Below, piece after piece: positions 1-13,019 of a stretch of DNA of 64,000 bases. The first letter of the stretch is position 1. Each line of letters opens with the position of its first letter. The position numbers and the translations under genes were made by a program. The stretch comes from Lytechinus pictus (taxonomy: Eukaryota), in assembly GCF_037042905.1 (NCBI RefSeq), contig NC_087250.1, positions 19,470,001 to 19,534,000 of the forward strand. Reading direction: 5' to 3'. Below the pieces are notes generated by a model. The model did no database searches, was not told the origin of the DNA, and saw nothing but the letters and a program-made list of their open reading frames with translations.

Positions 1-3000
1 ATTTCATTTTAACAGGACCATGTTTAAAAACAGTGAATCTGAGCTTGTTATCCTGTATAAAGATATTTAAATAAATAAATAAATTTGTTATATTTGTTTA
101 TAGTCTTCATTCCTTATGGTGTATATTGCTTTATTACGTGTCTCTGTGTCTTTTTTTTCTTTTTTTCATCTGTTCATGATTTTATTTATTCATGAACTTT
201 CACTTTATGCTGTATTTTTATGTTGTTTCTCAATTTTCCTCCTTCGCAATATTGCTTTATTCCGTAATTGTTAAACTCTATATAGGGCATCTTATTATGT
301 CCAACATTTTTGCGTATCTTTTCTACTCTTCCATCGTCACCCTATCATAAATGGATTTTGTCAATGTTAGCTTATTTTTATTTTCCTCAAGAAAGAGCAA
401 GACGAACTTTTAATGGTACAGATGTATATTTCAAAGGTGATTAGCTGCAAATATACGGAATAAAGGAAAAACACATGTTAAAACGCAATTTGATTTTTTT
501 GATGGGCAAATTGATTAAGGTGCTAGTATAGTGACAAACTTCACTAAATACGGGATAAAGTTTATAGAGAAAACGGAAAACTTGGTGAGCATAGGGACGA
601 ATCAACCGAGATTCTAATAATTACTATTGACCGGAGGGCGGGAAAAGTGGTGTTCTGGGTTTGAAATGTCTGGCTGGGCGGGGGGTAGAGCGAAGAAAAA
701 GTATATAAGGCAACAAAAATGGTAGGCATATTCGGGTGTTAGTATAAAATCTTCAACAAAATACGTAAAAACCGATATAGTAAAGTTGAAACGCAATAAT
801 AGATTTTTTTTTTTTTTGGGGGGGGGGCATAATTATTTAGGTGCTAATAAAGAGTGACAATTAAGCTTCACCAAAATACGGAATAAAGTAATAAAGAAAA
901 GTTTGTGGGCATAAAGTACTAAGTGATGATCGAGCCAAGATTCTTAATTCTCTATTGCTTTAGTCCGTATCAATTTGATGCAGTATAGAGTGACTGCATA
1001 AAAAAATAAAATAAAGCAATACAGAAATGTTGGCATATTAAGGTGCTGGTATAAAGTGACAAACTTATCAAAATACGGAATAAAGCGATATAGAAAATTT
1101 TAACACAATTTAATATTCTGTGGGTATATTAAGGTGCTAGTATAGAGTGACAAACTTCATAAATATACGGAATAAAGCAATATAGAAAAGTTGGGCATAT
1201 TAAGTTGCTAGTATACATGCAGGCCCAAATTTCTTGAAATATGGAATAAAGCAAGAGAGAAATGTTCTCCTTTCATTGATTCCTCAAAAAATAAATATGT
1301 TATTTTTATACAATTGTTTTACTAGTGATGATTCTGATTTTAATGTTATTGATATCGAATTCATTCACTATTTGTATAGAACCTAAGTTACACCTTTATC
1401 TTTTTGTATATATTGTTATTTCATTTTAACAGGACCATGTTTAAAAACAGTGAATCTGAGCTTGTTATCCTGTATAAAGATATTTAAATAAATAAATAAA
1501 TTTGTTATATTTGTTTATAGTCTTCATTCCTTATGGTGTATATTGCTTTATTACGTGTCTCTGTGTCTTTTTTTTCTTTTTTTCATCTGTTCATGATTTT
1601 ATTTATTCATGAACTTTCACTTTATGCTGTATTTTTATGTTGTTTCTCAATTTTCTTCCTTCGCAATATTGCTTTATTCCGTAATTGTTAAACTCTATAT
1701 AGGGCATTTTATTATGTCCAACATTTTTGCGTATCTTTTCTACTCTTCCATCGTCACCCTATCATAAATGGATTTTGTCAATGTTAGCTTATTTTTATTT
1801 TCCTCAAGAAAGAGCAAGACGAACTTTTAATGGTACAGATGTATATTTCAAAGGTGATTAGCTGCAAATATACGGAATAAAGGAAAAACACATGTTAAAA
1901 CGCAATTTGATTTTTTTGATGGGCAAATTGATTAAGGTGCTAGTATAGTGACAAACTTCACTAAATACGGGATAAAGTTTATAGAGAAAACGGAAAACTT
2001 GGTGAGCATAGGGACGAATCAACCGAGATTCTAATAATTACTATTGACCGGAGGGTGGGAAAAGTGGTGTTCTGGGTTTGAAATGTCTGGCTGGGCGGGG
2101 GGTAGAGCGAAGAAAAAGTATATAAGGCAACAAAAATGGGAGGCATATTCGGGTGTTAGTATAAAATCTTCAACAAAATACGTAAAAACCGATATAGTAA
2201 AGTTGAAACGCAATAATAGATTTTTTTTTTTTTTTGGGGGGGGGCATAATTATTTAGGTGCTAATAAAGAGTGACAATTAAGCTTCACCAAAATACGGAA
2301 TAAAGTAATAAAGAAAAGTTTGTGGGCATAAAGTACTAAGTGATGATCGAGCCAAGATTCTTAATTCTCTATTGCTTTAGTCCGTATCAATTTGATGCAG
2401 TATAGAGTGACTGCATAAAAAAATAAAATAAAGCAATACAGAAATGTTGGCATATTAAGGTGCTGGTATAAAGTGACAAACTTATCAAAATACGGAATAA
2501 AGCGATATAGAAAATTTTAACACAATTTAATATTCTGTGGGTATATTAAGGTGCTAGTATAGAGTGACAAACTTCATAAATATACGGAATAAAGCAATAT
2601 AGAAAAGTTGGGCATATTAAGTTGCTAGTATACATGCAGGCCCAAATTTCTTGAAATATGGAATAAAGCAAGAGAAAAATGTTCTCCTTTCATTGATTCC
2701 TCAAAAAATAAATATGTTATTTTTATACAATTGTTTTACTAGTGATGATTCTGATTTTAATGTTATTGATATCGAATTCATTCACTATTTGTATAGAACC
2801 TAAGTTACACCTTTATCTTTTTGTATATATTGTTATTTCATTTTAACAGGACCATGTTTAAAAACAGTGAATCTGAGCTTGTTATCCTGTATAAAGATAT
2901 TTAAATAAATAAATAAATTTGTTATATTTGTTTATAGTCTTCATTCCTTATGGTGTATATTGCTTTATTACGTGTCTCTGTGTCTTTTTTTTCTTTTTTT

Positions 3001-5424
3001 CATCTGTTCATGATTTTATTTATTCATGAACTTTCACTTTATGCTGTATTTTTATGTTGTTTCTCAATTTTCCTCCTTCGCAATATTGCTTTATTCCGTA
3101 ATTGTTAAACTCTATATAGGGCATCTTATTATGTCCAACATTTTTGCGTATCTTTTCTACTCTTCCATCGTCACCCTATCATAAATGGATTTTGTCAATG
3201 TTAGCTTATTTTTATTTTCCTCAAGAAAGAGCAAGACGAACTTTTAATGGTACAGATGTATATTTCAAAGGTGATTAGCTGCAAATATACGGAATAAAGG
3301 AAAAACACATGTTAAAACGCAATTTGATTTTTTTGATGGGCAAATTGATTAAGGTGCTAGTATAGTGACAAACTTCACTAAATACGGGATAAAGTTTATA
3401 GAGAAAACGGAAAACTTGGTGAGCATAGGGACGAATCAACCGAGATTCTAATAATTACTATTGACCGGAGGGCGGGAAAAGTGGTGTTCTGGGTTTGAAA
3501 TGTCTGGCTGGGCGGGGGGTAGAGCGAAGAAAAAGTATATAAGGCAACAAAAATGGTAGGCATATTCGGGTGTTAGTATAAAATCTTCAACAAAATACGT
3601 AAAAACCGATATAGTAAAGTTGAAACGCAATAATAGATTTTTTTTTTTTTTGGGGGGGGGGCATAATTATTTAGGTGCTAATAAAGAGTGACAATTAAGC
3701 TTCACCAAAATACGGAATAAAGTAATAAAGAAAAGTTTGTGGGCATAAAGTACTAAGTGATGATCGAGCCAAGATTCTTAATTCTCTATTGCTTTAGTCC
3801 GTATCAATTTGATGCAGTATAGAGTGACTGCATAAAAAAATAAAATAAAGCAATACAGAAATGTTGGCATATTAAGGTGCTGGTATAAAGTGACAAACTT
3901 ATCAAAATACGGAATAGAGCGATATAGAAAATTTTGAACACAATTTAATATTCTGTGGGTATATTAAGGTGCTAGTATAGAGTGACAAATTTCATAAATA
4001 TACGGAATAAAGCAATATAGAAAAGTTGGGCATATTAAGTTGCTAGTATACATGCAGGCCCAAATTTCTTGAAATATGGAATAAAGCAAGAGAGAAATGT
4101 TCTCATTTCATTGATTCCTCAAAAAATAAATATGTTATTTTTATACAATTGTTTTACTAGTGATGATTCTGATTTTAATGTTATTGATATCGAATTCATT
4201 CACTATCTGTATAGAACCTAAGTTACACTTTTATCTTTTTGTATATATTGTTATTCCATTTTAACAGGACCATGTTTAAAAACAGTGAATCTGAGCTTGT
4301 TATCCTGTATAAAGATATTTAAATAAATAAATAAATTTGTTACGTTTGTTTATAGTCTTCATTCTTTATGGTGTATATTGCTTTATTACGTGTCTCTGTG
4401 TTTTTTTTTTCTTTTTTTCATCTGTTCATGATTTTATTTATTCATGAACTTTCACTTTATGCTGTATTTTTATGTTGTTTCTTAATTTTCCTCCTTCGCA
4501 ATATTGCTTTATTCCGTAATTGTTAAACTCTATATAGGGCATCTTATTATGTCCAACATTTTTGCGTATCTTTTCTACTCTTCCATCGTCACTCTATCAT
4601 AAATGGATTTTGTCAATGTTAGCTTATTTTTATTTTCCTCAAGAAAGAGCAAGACGAACTTTTAATGGTACAGATGTATATTCCAAAGGTGATTAGCTAC
4701 AAATACGGAATAAAGGAAAAACATATGTTAAAACGCAATTTGAATTTTTTGATGGGCAAATTGATTAAGGTGCTAGTATAGTGACAAACTTCACTAAATA
4801 CGGGATAAAGCTTATAAAGAAAACTTGGTGAGCATAAGGACGAATCAACCGAGATTCTAATAATTACTATTGACCGGAGGGCGGGAAAAGTGGTGTTCTG
4901 GGTTTGAAATGTCTGGCTGGGCGGGGGGTAGAGCGAAGGAAAAGTAAGGCAACAAAAATGGGAGGCATATTAGGGTGTTAGTATAAAAACTTCAACAAAA
5001 TACGTAAAAACCGATATAGTAAAGTTGAAACGCAATAATAGATTTTTTTTTTTTGGGGGGGGGGGGCATAATTATTTAGGTGCTAATAAAGAGTGACAAG
5101 CTTCACCAAAATACGGAATAAAGAAAAGTTTGTGGGCATAAAGTACTAAGTGATGATCGAGCCAAGATTCTTAATTCTCTATTGCTTTAGTCCGTATTAA
5201 TTTGATGCAGTATAGAGTGACTGCATACAAAATATACAGAATAAAGCAATACAGAAATGTTGGCATATTAAGGTGCTGGTATAAAGTGACAAACTTATCA
5301 AAATACAGAATAAAGCGATATAGAAAATTTTGAACACAATTTAATATTCTGTGGGTATATTAAGGTGCTAGTATAGAGTGACAAACTTCATAAATATACA
5401 GAATAAAGCAATATAGAAAAGTTG
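1..5424. repeat. Macrosatellite, 1417-bp unit, about 3.8 copies in the window (open at the left edge)
   Basis: atttcattttaacaggacc recurs at 1, 1418, 2835 and about 4253; near-identical spurious ORFs at 614/2031/3448. Copies 1-3 differ by a few SNPs; copy 4 has several small indels. Confidence 0.97.
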
Positions 5425-7915
5425 TTGGGCATATTAAGGTGATAGTATAGAGTGACAAGCTTCATGAAAATACGGAATAAAGCAATATTGAAGAGTTGTT
5501 GGGCATATTAAGGTGCTAGTAAAGAGTGATGAACAAGCAAAGATTATAATAATTCGTGTTGGCCCGGAGGGCGAGAAAAGGGGTTTTCTTTTGGGGGTAT
5601 ATAAGCAGCGGACAGGGGGATTGAAATGTCTAAGGGGGGATAGAGCGAAAATAGAAAAGTAGGAAAGCATATTTTAATCAAAATTCTTTTGGGCATATTA
5701 AGGTGCTAGTATAGAGTGACAAATTTCATGAAAATACGGAATAAAGCAATATATAAAAGTTGTTGGGCATATTAAGGTGCTAGTATAGAGTGACAAGCTT
5801 CATGAAATTACGGAATAAAGCAATATTGAAAAGTTGTTGGGCATATTAAGGTGCTAGTATAGAGTGATGAACAAGCCAAGATTCTAATAATTCGTGTTGG
5901 CCCGGAGGGCGAGAAAAGGGGTTTTCTTTTGGGGGTATATAAGCAGCGGACAGGGGGATTGAAATGTCTGAGGGGGGATAGAGCGAAAAGAGAAAAGTAG
6001 GAAAAGCAAATTTTATTCAAAATTCTTTTGGGCATATTAAGGTGCTAGTATAGAGTGACAAGCTTCATGAAAATACGGAATAAAGCAATATTGAAAGGTT
6101 GTTGGGCATATTAAGGTGCTAGTATAGAGTGATGAACAAGCCAAGATTCTAATAATTCGTGTTGGCCCGGAGGGCGAGAAAAGGGGTTTTCTTTTGGGGG
6201 TATATAAGCAGCGGACAGGGGGATTGAAATGTCTGAGGGGGGATAGAGCGAAAGAGAAAAGTAGGAAAAGCAAATTTTATTCAAAATTCTTTTGGGCATA
6301 TTAAGGTGCTAGTATAGAGTGACAAATTTCATGAAAATACGGAATAAAGCAATATATAAAAGTTGTTGGGCATATTAAGGTGCTAGTATAGAGTGACAAG
6401 CTTCATGAAAATACGGAATAAAGCAATATTGAAGAGTTGTTGGGCATATTAAGGTGCTAGTATAGAGTGATGAACAAGCCAATATTCTAATAATTCGTGT
6501 TGGCCCGGAGGGCGAGAAAAGGAGTTTTCTTTTGGGGGTATATAAGCAGCGGACAGGGGGATTGAAATGTCTGAGGGGGGATAGAGCGAAAAGAGAAAAG
6601 TAGGAAAGGCAAATTTTATTCAAAATTCTTTTGGGCATATTAAGGTGCTAGTATAGAGTGACAAGCTTCATGAAAATACGGAATAAAGCAATATATAAAA
6701 GTTGTTGGGCATATTAAGGTGCTAGTATAGAGTGATGAACAAGCCAAGATTCTAATAATTCGTGTTGGCCCGGAGGGCGAGAAAAGGGGCTTTCTTTTGG
6801 GGGTATATAAGCAGCGGACAGGGGGATTGAAATGTCTGAGGGGGGATAGAGCGAAAAGAGAAAAGTAGGAAAGGCATATTTTATTCAAAATTCTTTTGGG
6901 CATATTAAGGTGCTAGTATAGAGTGACAAGCTTCATGAAAATACGGAATAAAGCAATATTGAAGAGTTGTTGGGCATATTAAGGTGCTAGTATAGAGTGA
7001 TGAACAAGCCAAGATTCTAATAATTCGTGTTGGCCCGGAGGGCGAGAAAAGGGGTTTTCTTTTGGGGGTATATAAGCAGCGGACAGGGGGATTGAAATGT
7101 CTGAGGGGGGATAGAGCGAAAAGAGAAAAGTAGGAAAAGCAAATTTTATTCAAAATTCTTTTGGGCATATTAAGGTGCTAGTATAGAGTGACAAGATTCA
7201 TGAAAATACGGAATAAAGCAATATATAAAAGTTGTTGGGCATATTAAGGTGCTAGTATAGAGTGACAAGCTTCATGAAATTACGGAATAAAGCAATATTG
7301 AAAAGTTGTTGGGCATATTAAGGTGCTAGTATAGAGTGATGAACAAGCCAAGATTCTAATAATTCGTGTTGGCCCGGAGGGCGAGAAAAGGGGTTTTCTT
7401 TTGGGGGTATATAAGCAGCGGACAGGGGGATTGAAATGTCTGAGGGGGGATAGAGCGAAAAGAGAAAAGTAGGAAAAGCAAATTTTATTCAAAATTCTTT
7501 TGGGCATATTAAGGTGCTAGTATAGAGTGACAAGCTTCATGAAAATACAGAATAAAGCAATATATAAAAGTTGTTGGGCATATTAAGGTGCTAGTATAGA
7601 GTGACAAGCTTCATGAAAATACGGAATAAAGCAATATTGAAAAGTTGTTGGGCATATTAAGGTGCTAGTAAAGAGTGATGAACAAGCCAAGATTCTCATA
7701 ATTCGTGTTGGCCCGGAGGGCGAGAAAAGGGGGTTTCTTTTGGGGGTATATAAGCAGCGGACAGGGGGATTGAAATGTCTGAGGGGGGATAGAGCGAAAA
7801 GAGAAAAGTAGGAAAGGCATATTTTATTCAAAATTCTTTTGGGCATATTAAGGTGCTAGTATAGAGTGACAAATTTCCTGAAAATACGGATTTAAGCAAT
7901 ATAGAAAAGTTGTTG
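5425..7915. repeat. Higher-order satellite of 74-bp (A) and ~191-bp (B) monomers sharing a 29-bp head
   Basis: Head gggcatattaaggtgctagtatagagtga. B monomers start at about 5501, 5839, 6104, 6442, 6707, 6972, 7311, 7650 (spacings 265 = B+A, or 338-339 = B+A+A). Confidence 0.97.
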
Positions 7916-8135
7916 AAGTTCATGAAATACGCAATAAAAACGATCGAATGTCGACCTTTAGAAATAGCACCGAAATACTTCACATCCCCGATCCCCTAAA
8001 AAAAAAGAGCCATATTGAGGTTCGAACCACGAACGCTCAGATGCCTACGTATTATGCACTGCGCCACGCTCACCTATTCACTCGTAGCAGTGAAATCAAG
8101 ATTTATATATACCGCGTAAAGCTTTACCAACAAAA

Positions 8136-8264
8136 AAAAAATCCGGGACGGGCGCAAAACGCACACATATGAAAACACACAGTGCTTCGCTTCGCGAAGC
8201 ACTAGTGCACTGTACGTACCCGTGTGTTCATATGTGTGCGTTTTGCGCCCGTCCCGGATTTTTT
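8136..8264. mobile_element. Helitron-like 3' terminus (GC hairpin plus CTAG|T) inside a ~45-bp inverted repeat
   Basis: agtgcttcgc-ttc-gcgaagcact hairpin overlapping CTAGT at 8181-8206, flanked by aaaaatccgggacgggcgcaaaacgcacacatatgaa and its reverse complement. Confidence 0.5.
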
Positions 8265-8289
8265 ACTTAGATGAGCGGTATTAATGGCG

Positions 8290-8975
8290 GCTGGGCATAT
8301 TAGCTAATATGGCCCATGATGGTAGAGAATGACGTAATCTACGTAGTTGCATTGGTAAATTTCACTGAATTCATATTTTTTTATTTTATATGAATTAATT
8401 ATGCTAATTTATTCATGAAATCATACTTTTTGCTCTGATTCACTAAATAAAGCTAGAATGCTATTTTTTGGGTGAAAATATTCTTTATAGCATTCCTAAC
8501 AATTGTGAATGAAAAAAAATCTGGTACCAAGACCGATTTCTTATGTAGGCCTATTTTATTTATTTTTTAATCATGTACTGTAGGCTATTTCTTTGTTTTT
8601 TTACATTTTGTTTTTTATTGTATTTTCGATGGAAATCGTTCTAGACTTAATTCTAATCATAAACAAGGCAAAATTAATTAAGTTTAATCACTAAAAGTAG
8701 AAATAATGATAAATTTATGAATTTTGGCTAAATACACAATTTGCATTGGATTTGTACATGAAATCATGTTTATGAGCACTTTTGGGTCTGACATGTTGCG
8801 TAATGTCGTAACCGCGTACCCGGGCGTCACAAATTTGGTCTCAAAATTTGCGCGAGACTTGAAAGTAAAAAGTCAGTGAGCGGCGCGATCAAAATTTTTT
8901 GCGCGATAGCGTAGTGATGAAATTTGTTGAGGGGGGGGGGTCAAATTGACCCCCCCCCCCCCAGTTTAATAAGGG
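8290..8975. mobile_element. piggyBac-like MITE remnant (right end AGGG|TTAA)
   Basis: Subterminal ggggtcaaattgacccc palindrome, ending aaggg-ttaa; body homologous to 33040-33528. Left boundary approximate. Confidence 0.6.
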
Positions 8976-9073
8976 TTAAGGCCGTCACATGAAATGCCCT
9001 ATATTCATTATTTTTCTACCAAAAGCACCATTTTGAGTAAGATTTTTAATGAATAGATCTGTTTGACATTTCA

Positions 9074-9264
9074 GGAGAAAGAGAGGGAGACACAAAACCA
9101 CCTGTCTCGGTGTCACACATGAGGAGTTGAGGAGGAGATGAAGTCAGTGAATATGACCTGGCCTGGGGGAGTTTCCAGAAGAAGGCCCAGAATCGCTGGA
9201 TGCCAGGAGTGGAGATCCTTCGTTGCTGCCCTACATGATAGGAGGCATCGGGCAGTAGGTAAGT
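9074..9264 (+). mobile_element. RTE-clade LINE 3' end fragment
   Basis: Degenerate translation KRGRHKTT..VEEEMKSVNMTW...QEWRSFVAALH followed by a gtaggtaagt tail, typical of RTE ORF2 C-termini. Confidence 0.7.
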
Positions 9265-10434
9265 TAGAAGGCTATTTCAGATGTAAAGCCTTTTTTTGGG
9301 GGGGGATCATTGGGAATCTCTAATATTATCAGAATCACGCAGATTTGGGTGTGCACAAACTCGGGGCACCTTATAATCTGTTAATGGTCCTGACTGTACT
9401 TCGAGGACTCTGTGATATTTTTTCATTGTATTTTCATTCACGGAGCCTAGACAAGTCTCTGTTGCCTGTAGAACTTTGTACACTAAGATGGATTTCCCTA
9501 GAAAATCCACCCTTCCCACAATAATTTTGGGGCAAACATTTAATTTGTCCAATTTGTAAGCTTTTGTACTCTAAATGCATACAAAGGCTTAAAAAATGTT
9601 AATTGTTGGAAGGTAAAAATTTTGAAGGATCACTTTCTTACAATTCCCACGCTATATAACGCAATGACATGAACTTTAACTCGAGTGACGTACGTATGCA
9701 AGAAATACAGAATTGGTGCACATGCATAGCTGATTGATTCATTGTGCTAGTACTGGTACTAGATCGGTTTGGACGTTCTAATTTCAATGACAAGTTTAGA
9801 TGGTAAATTGGCGCTAATAAAATTTTGCATTGGTCGATCTCGCGATGCCAGAAAACTAATTCCACCTCAAAATTTGTCAGATTTTTTTTGCAAAATATAT
9901 ATTTAATTGATCCTTGACCTGAATTTAAGCCAAATCAGGCATAGGGAATGGCTGTATTTCAGCCTCGAAGTTCGAATTCTCGGTCCTGACAGTCCTGGTT
10001 ACCCCATAACCATTTAAAACACATAAAAAAGGCATGAATTAAAATTGTAATTATAAAAAAATAATATGTTTTATGTGTCAAATAAATTGATTCTAAAATT
10101 TCCTTTACTTATACAGAGATGGTTTAAGGTCTTGAGGGCATCATGCCCCCCCCCCCCGACTTGACTTAACATGTTAATATTTGAAGTATAAAATATGTAA
10201 CAAACCCCACATCGTTTTTTAATCATTTAAAATAAATTGGAAATTAATATTGAAACCATCTAGTTTTTAATGAAGATTAATAAATAGTTTATGTAGAAAA
10301 AGTTTTTATGTTTCTCCTCTTCTGTTATTTTTGCAGATGCTGTAATTTGAAACGGAAGGTGTCCTGCCAATAAATTTTCATCCCACCTGAACTGCCTTGC
10401 CTGCCTGCACCCAGTCATCTGTTCCTGAGCATTT

Positions 10435-11051
10435 TCATTTTCCTCTATTTTTCATCATCGTTTCTTTCGGCCTGTATGAAGTGAATTTCACATTGATTGG
10501 TGGAGCTGCTAAGTTGGCATTACAGGGCCACGCCGGGGTATGATCCTTTGGGTTGAACATCATGACTGCTAGTTGGTCGGCAAAGGTGATGGGATCGATC
10601 AATGTCACATGGAGTAAGATCGATACCAATCTGCTTTGCTACACTTCGAACAATCTCATACGGATACGGATATTATTGCGACAGGAGTACTGCTCGATGT
10701 GGTCAAGCCTATTTGACAAAGCATTATGGTGTTAGTCATGTTATCAGAAACCGATTTTTCAAAATCACGGAGTTGCTTCAATTTAGTATCGATAGATATT
10801 TCAAGAACGTGTAGACTAGTGAGCTTTTCATCAAGAATTTCACGCAATTTATTTTCGTGCTTATCCATGTCATCATTGAGTTTTTGTCTCTCGCGTTCCA
10901 TTGCCACGGCCACCGCTCTTTGAACGACTGTATCAATATGATCTAGGTATGCTGGGCTTTGTTTAGATCCAGTTAATGATGAAGCAGAGGATTGTGTACA
11001 TGCGTTAGCCGAGTGCAAGCGGCCTCTTGATCTGGTGGATATCTTAGACAT
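10435..11051 (-). pseudogene. Degenerate LINE ORF1 (L1-type coiled-coil plus RRM, as in CR1/L2/Crack-type elements)
   Basis: Coiled-coil ORF 10656-11051 continues through frameshifts into RLDHIEQYSCRNNIRIR, DIDRSH and PINVKFTSY...MMKNRGK motifs. Confidence 0.8.
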
Positions 11052-11842
11052 GTTAGAGATTATGTAATGATATAATTGAAAAGTGGGATGGGCTGTGCAT
11101 CTGTCAACTCACCAGTCAACCAATTAGAGACGGCCTTCCAAAGTGACACAGCACGAAAATATCAATATGGGACTGGTCTAGTCAACACATAGATCCTGAA
11201 AAAACCATGGAGACCGCAGATGCAAAATGACTTCCATACATAAAGATATGATGCACAATCTCCAGTGGGTTCAAAACACTGAACACATACTATGCTGATA
11301 CACAGACTATCATAAGAACTTTATCAAGCTAAGGAAATATGGTATGAAATCTCTCAGCTCACATAAAAAGCCTACGTAGCTACATGTAGGGAAGAAAATG
11401 CGTAATTGCTGAGAAATGAGCAAAATAAGCATGTAATTCTATCAAATGTCAGGTATTTTTCGAATCGATTATAATACACTGTCCCACATATGCTTTTCTG
11501 TGTTTACAGCGATCATCATAATTATCGATTTTAAGTTTAAAAATTCATGATTTTACAAAGATACAAGTTTACATTAATGTACCAGATGTAGATTATGTAC
11601 AATATATTGACAATTAACTTTGATTTTATAGATTTTCTCAAGAAATAATTGTTTGCTGCAACTACTGTCTTTTCCTTCTAAGTGATAGTGTAATACAACA
11701 GTTCCACAAACTATTTTCATCAGACTTATTGATGCATGATTCTTTCACCCAAATGCAAGCTTCCATAAATCCTGAAAACTTTGCAACTCAGGTATTTTTT
11801 TACATACAGTATATTTTTTCCTACATTACATAGTTGCCTTAA

Positions 11843-12437
11843 AGGGGAATCCAACCCAAATAAAAACTTGTTTTTATAAGAGAGAGAAAAATCAGACAAG
11901 TTGATAGGTGAAAGTTTGAACAATATTGGACAAACAACAAGAAAGTTATGAATTTTTAAAAGTTGTAAATATTAGTAATCACTATACCAATGGAGACTTC
12001 AAATTGGCCGCATATGGGATGTCATAGTGATGTAAGGCAAGGACTACTCTTCTATGTACTCCAATACATATTATGGCTAAAATGTCATTTTCCCCAAAAG
12101 TTTTATTTCAAATTATATTTTTCTTTCATGAGGACATAAAACAATATACTACCTGGGTTATATTTAGATTACTGCCCCAGGGGAATGGGTACTTAGGAGA
12201 AAACCACAAATCCCTGATAATAAAGTACATGGCATATGGGACATTTGTCCTTGCCCCTTGTCATAATTTACTTACCCAGTTGCCAATTTGAAATATACAT
12301 ACTATTAGTGATCTTAATTTTAAAGCAGCTATAACTTTCTTATTGCTTGTTCGATTTCTTTCAAACTTTCACCATTCTGTTTAATTTATGTTTCTCCTTC
12401 CCAACACAACATTTTATGGCCAAGGCTGGATTCCCCT
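11843..12437. mobile_element. Kolobok-like MITE
   Basis: TTAA|AGGGGAATCC...GGATTCCCCT|TTAA; inverted near-identical copy at 27792-28384. Confidence 0.85.
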
Positions 12438-12748
12438 TTAAGTTAATAGCGCACCTCTAGTAGTAACTATCTTAAAATGAGTTCTAACAGAATCCAACAG
12501 AATTACCAGCAAAGTGTATGTATATATAAAAGATGTGTGCCAAAAAGCTCGGGAAGAAAATGTGTATTAGCTGAGAAATGAGCAAAATAAGCATGTAATT
12601 CTATCAAACGTCTGGTATTTTTCAAATCAATCATAATACACTGTCCTGTCCCACATATGCTTTTCTGTGTTAGTGATCATCAGAATTATTGATTTTAAGA
12701 TCAAAATTCATGATTTTACAAAGATACAAGTTTACATTAATTTACCAG

Positions 12749-13019
12749 GGCCCCGTCTTACAAAGAGTTATGATTGATCCGATCAATCGCAACTATGGAC
12801 GGTCAGCAACGTTAACATCTATTAAGCATGTTTGTTCAAAATATTTTCTAGCTATGATGTATGTTCATGCATTCATTGTTTTCTCAAAAATTCGCTGCGT
12901 TTCTCTTTGCATACAAAGGACATTGTGCAAATTTTTCGTAGAAAAAAATTATGACACTGATGGATTTCCATAGAGTTATGATTGATCGGATCAATCGTAA
13001 CTCTTTGTAAGACAGGGCC
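12749..13019. mobile_element. PIF/Harbinger-like MITE, 271 bp
   Basis: TIR ggccccgtcttacaaagagtta / taactctttgtaagacagggcc, 3-bp TSD CAG; empty site taccagatgtagatt at about 11580; related copy at 57773-58010. Confidence 0.85.

Noticed and set aside
614..7846. Repeated 60-87-aa ORFs (MRFNFTIS..., MPKRILNK...)
   Set aside because: By-products of tandem repeats; lengths vary through stops and frameshifts among copies, and no domain is recognisable.
5425..7915. CRISPR-like look: 29-bp repeat separated by other sequence
   Set aside because: The 'spacers' are only two recurring sequence types, there are no cas genes, and the context is eukaryotic; this is a satellite.
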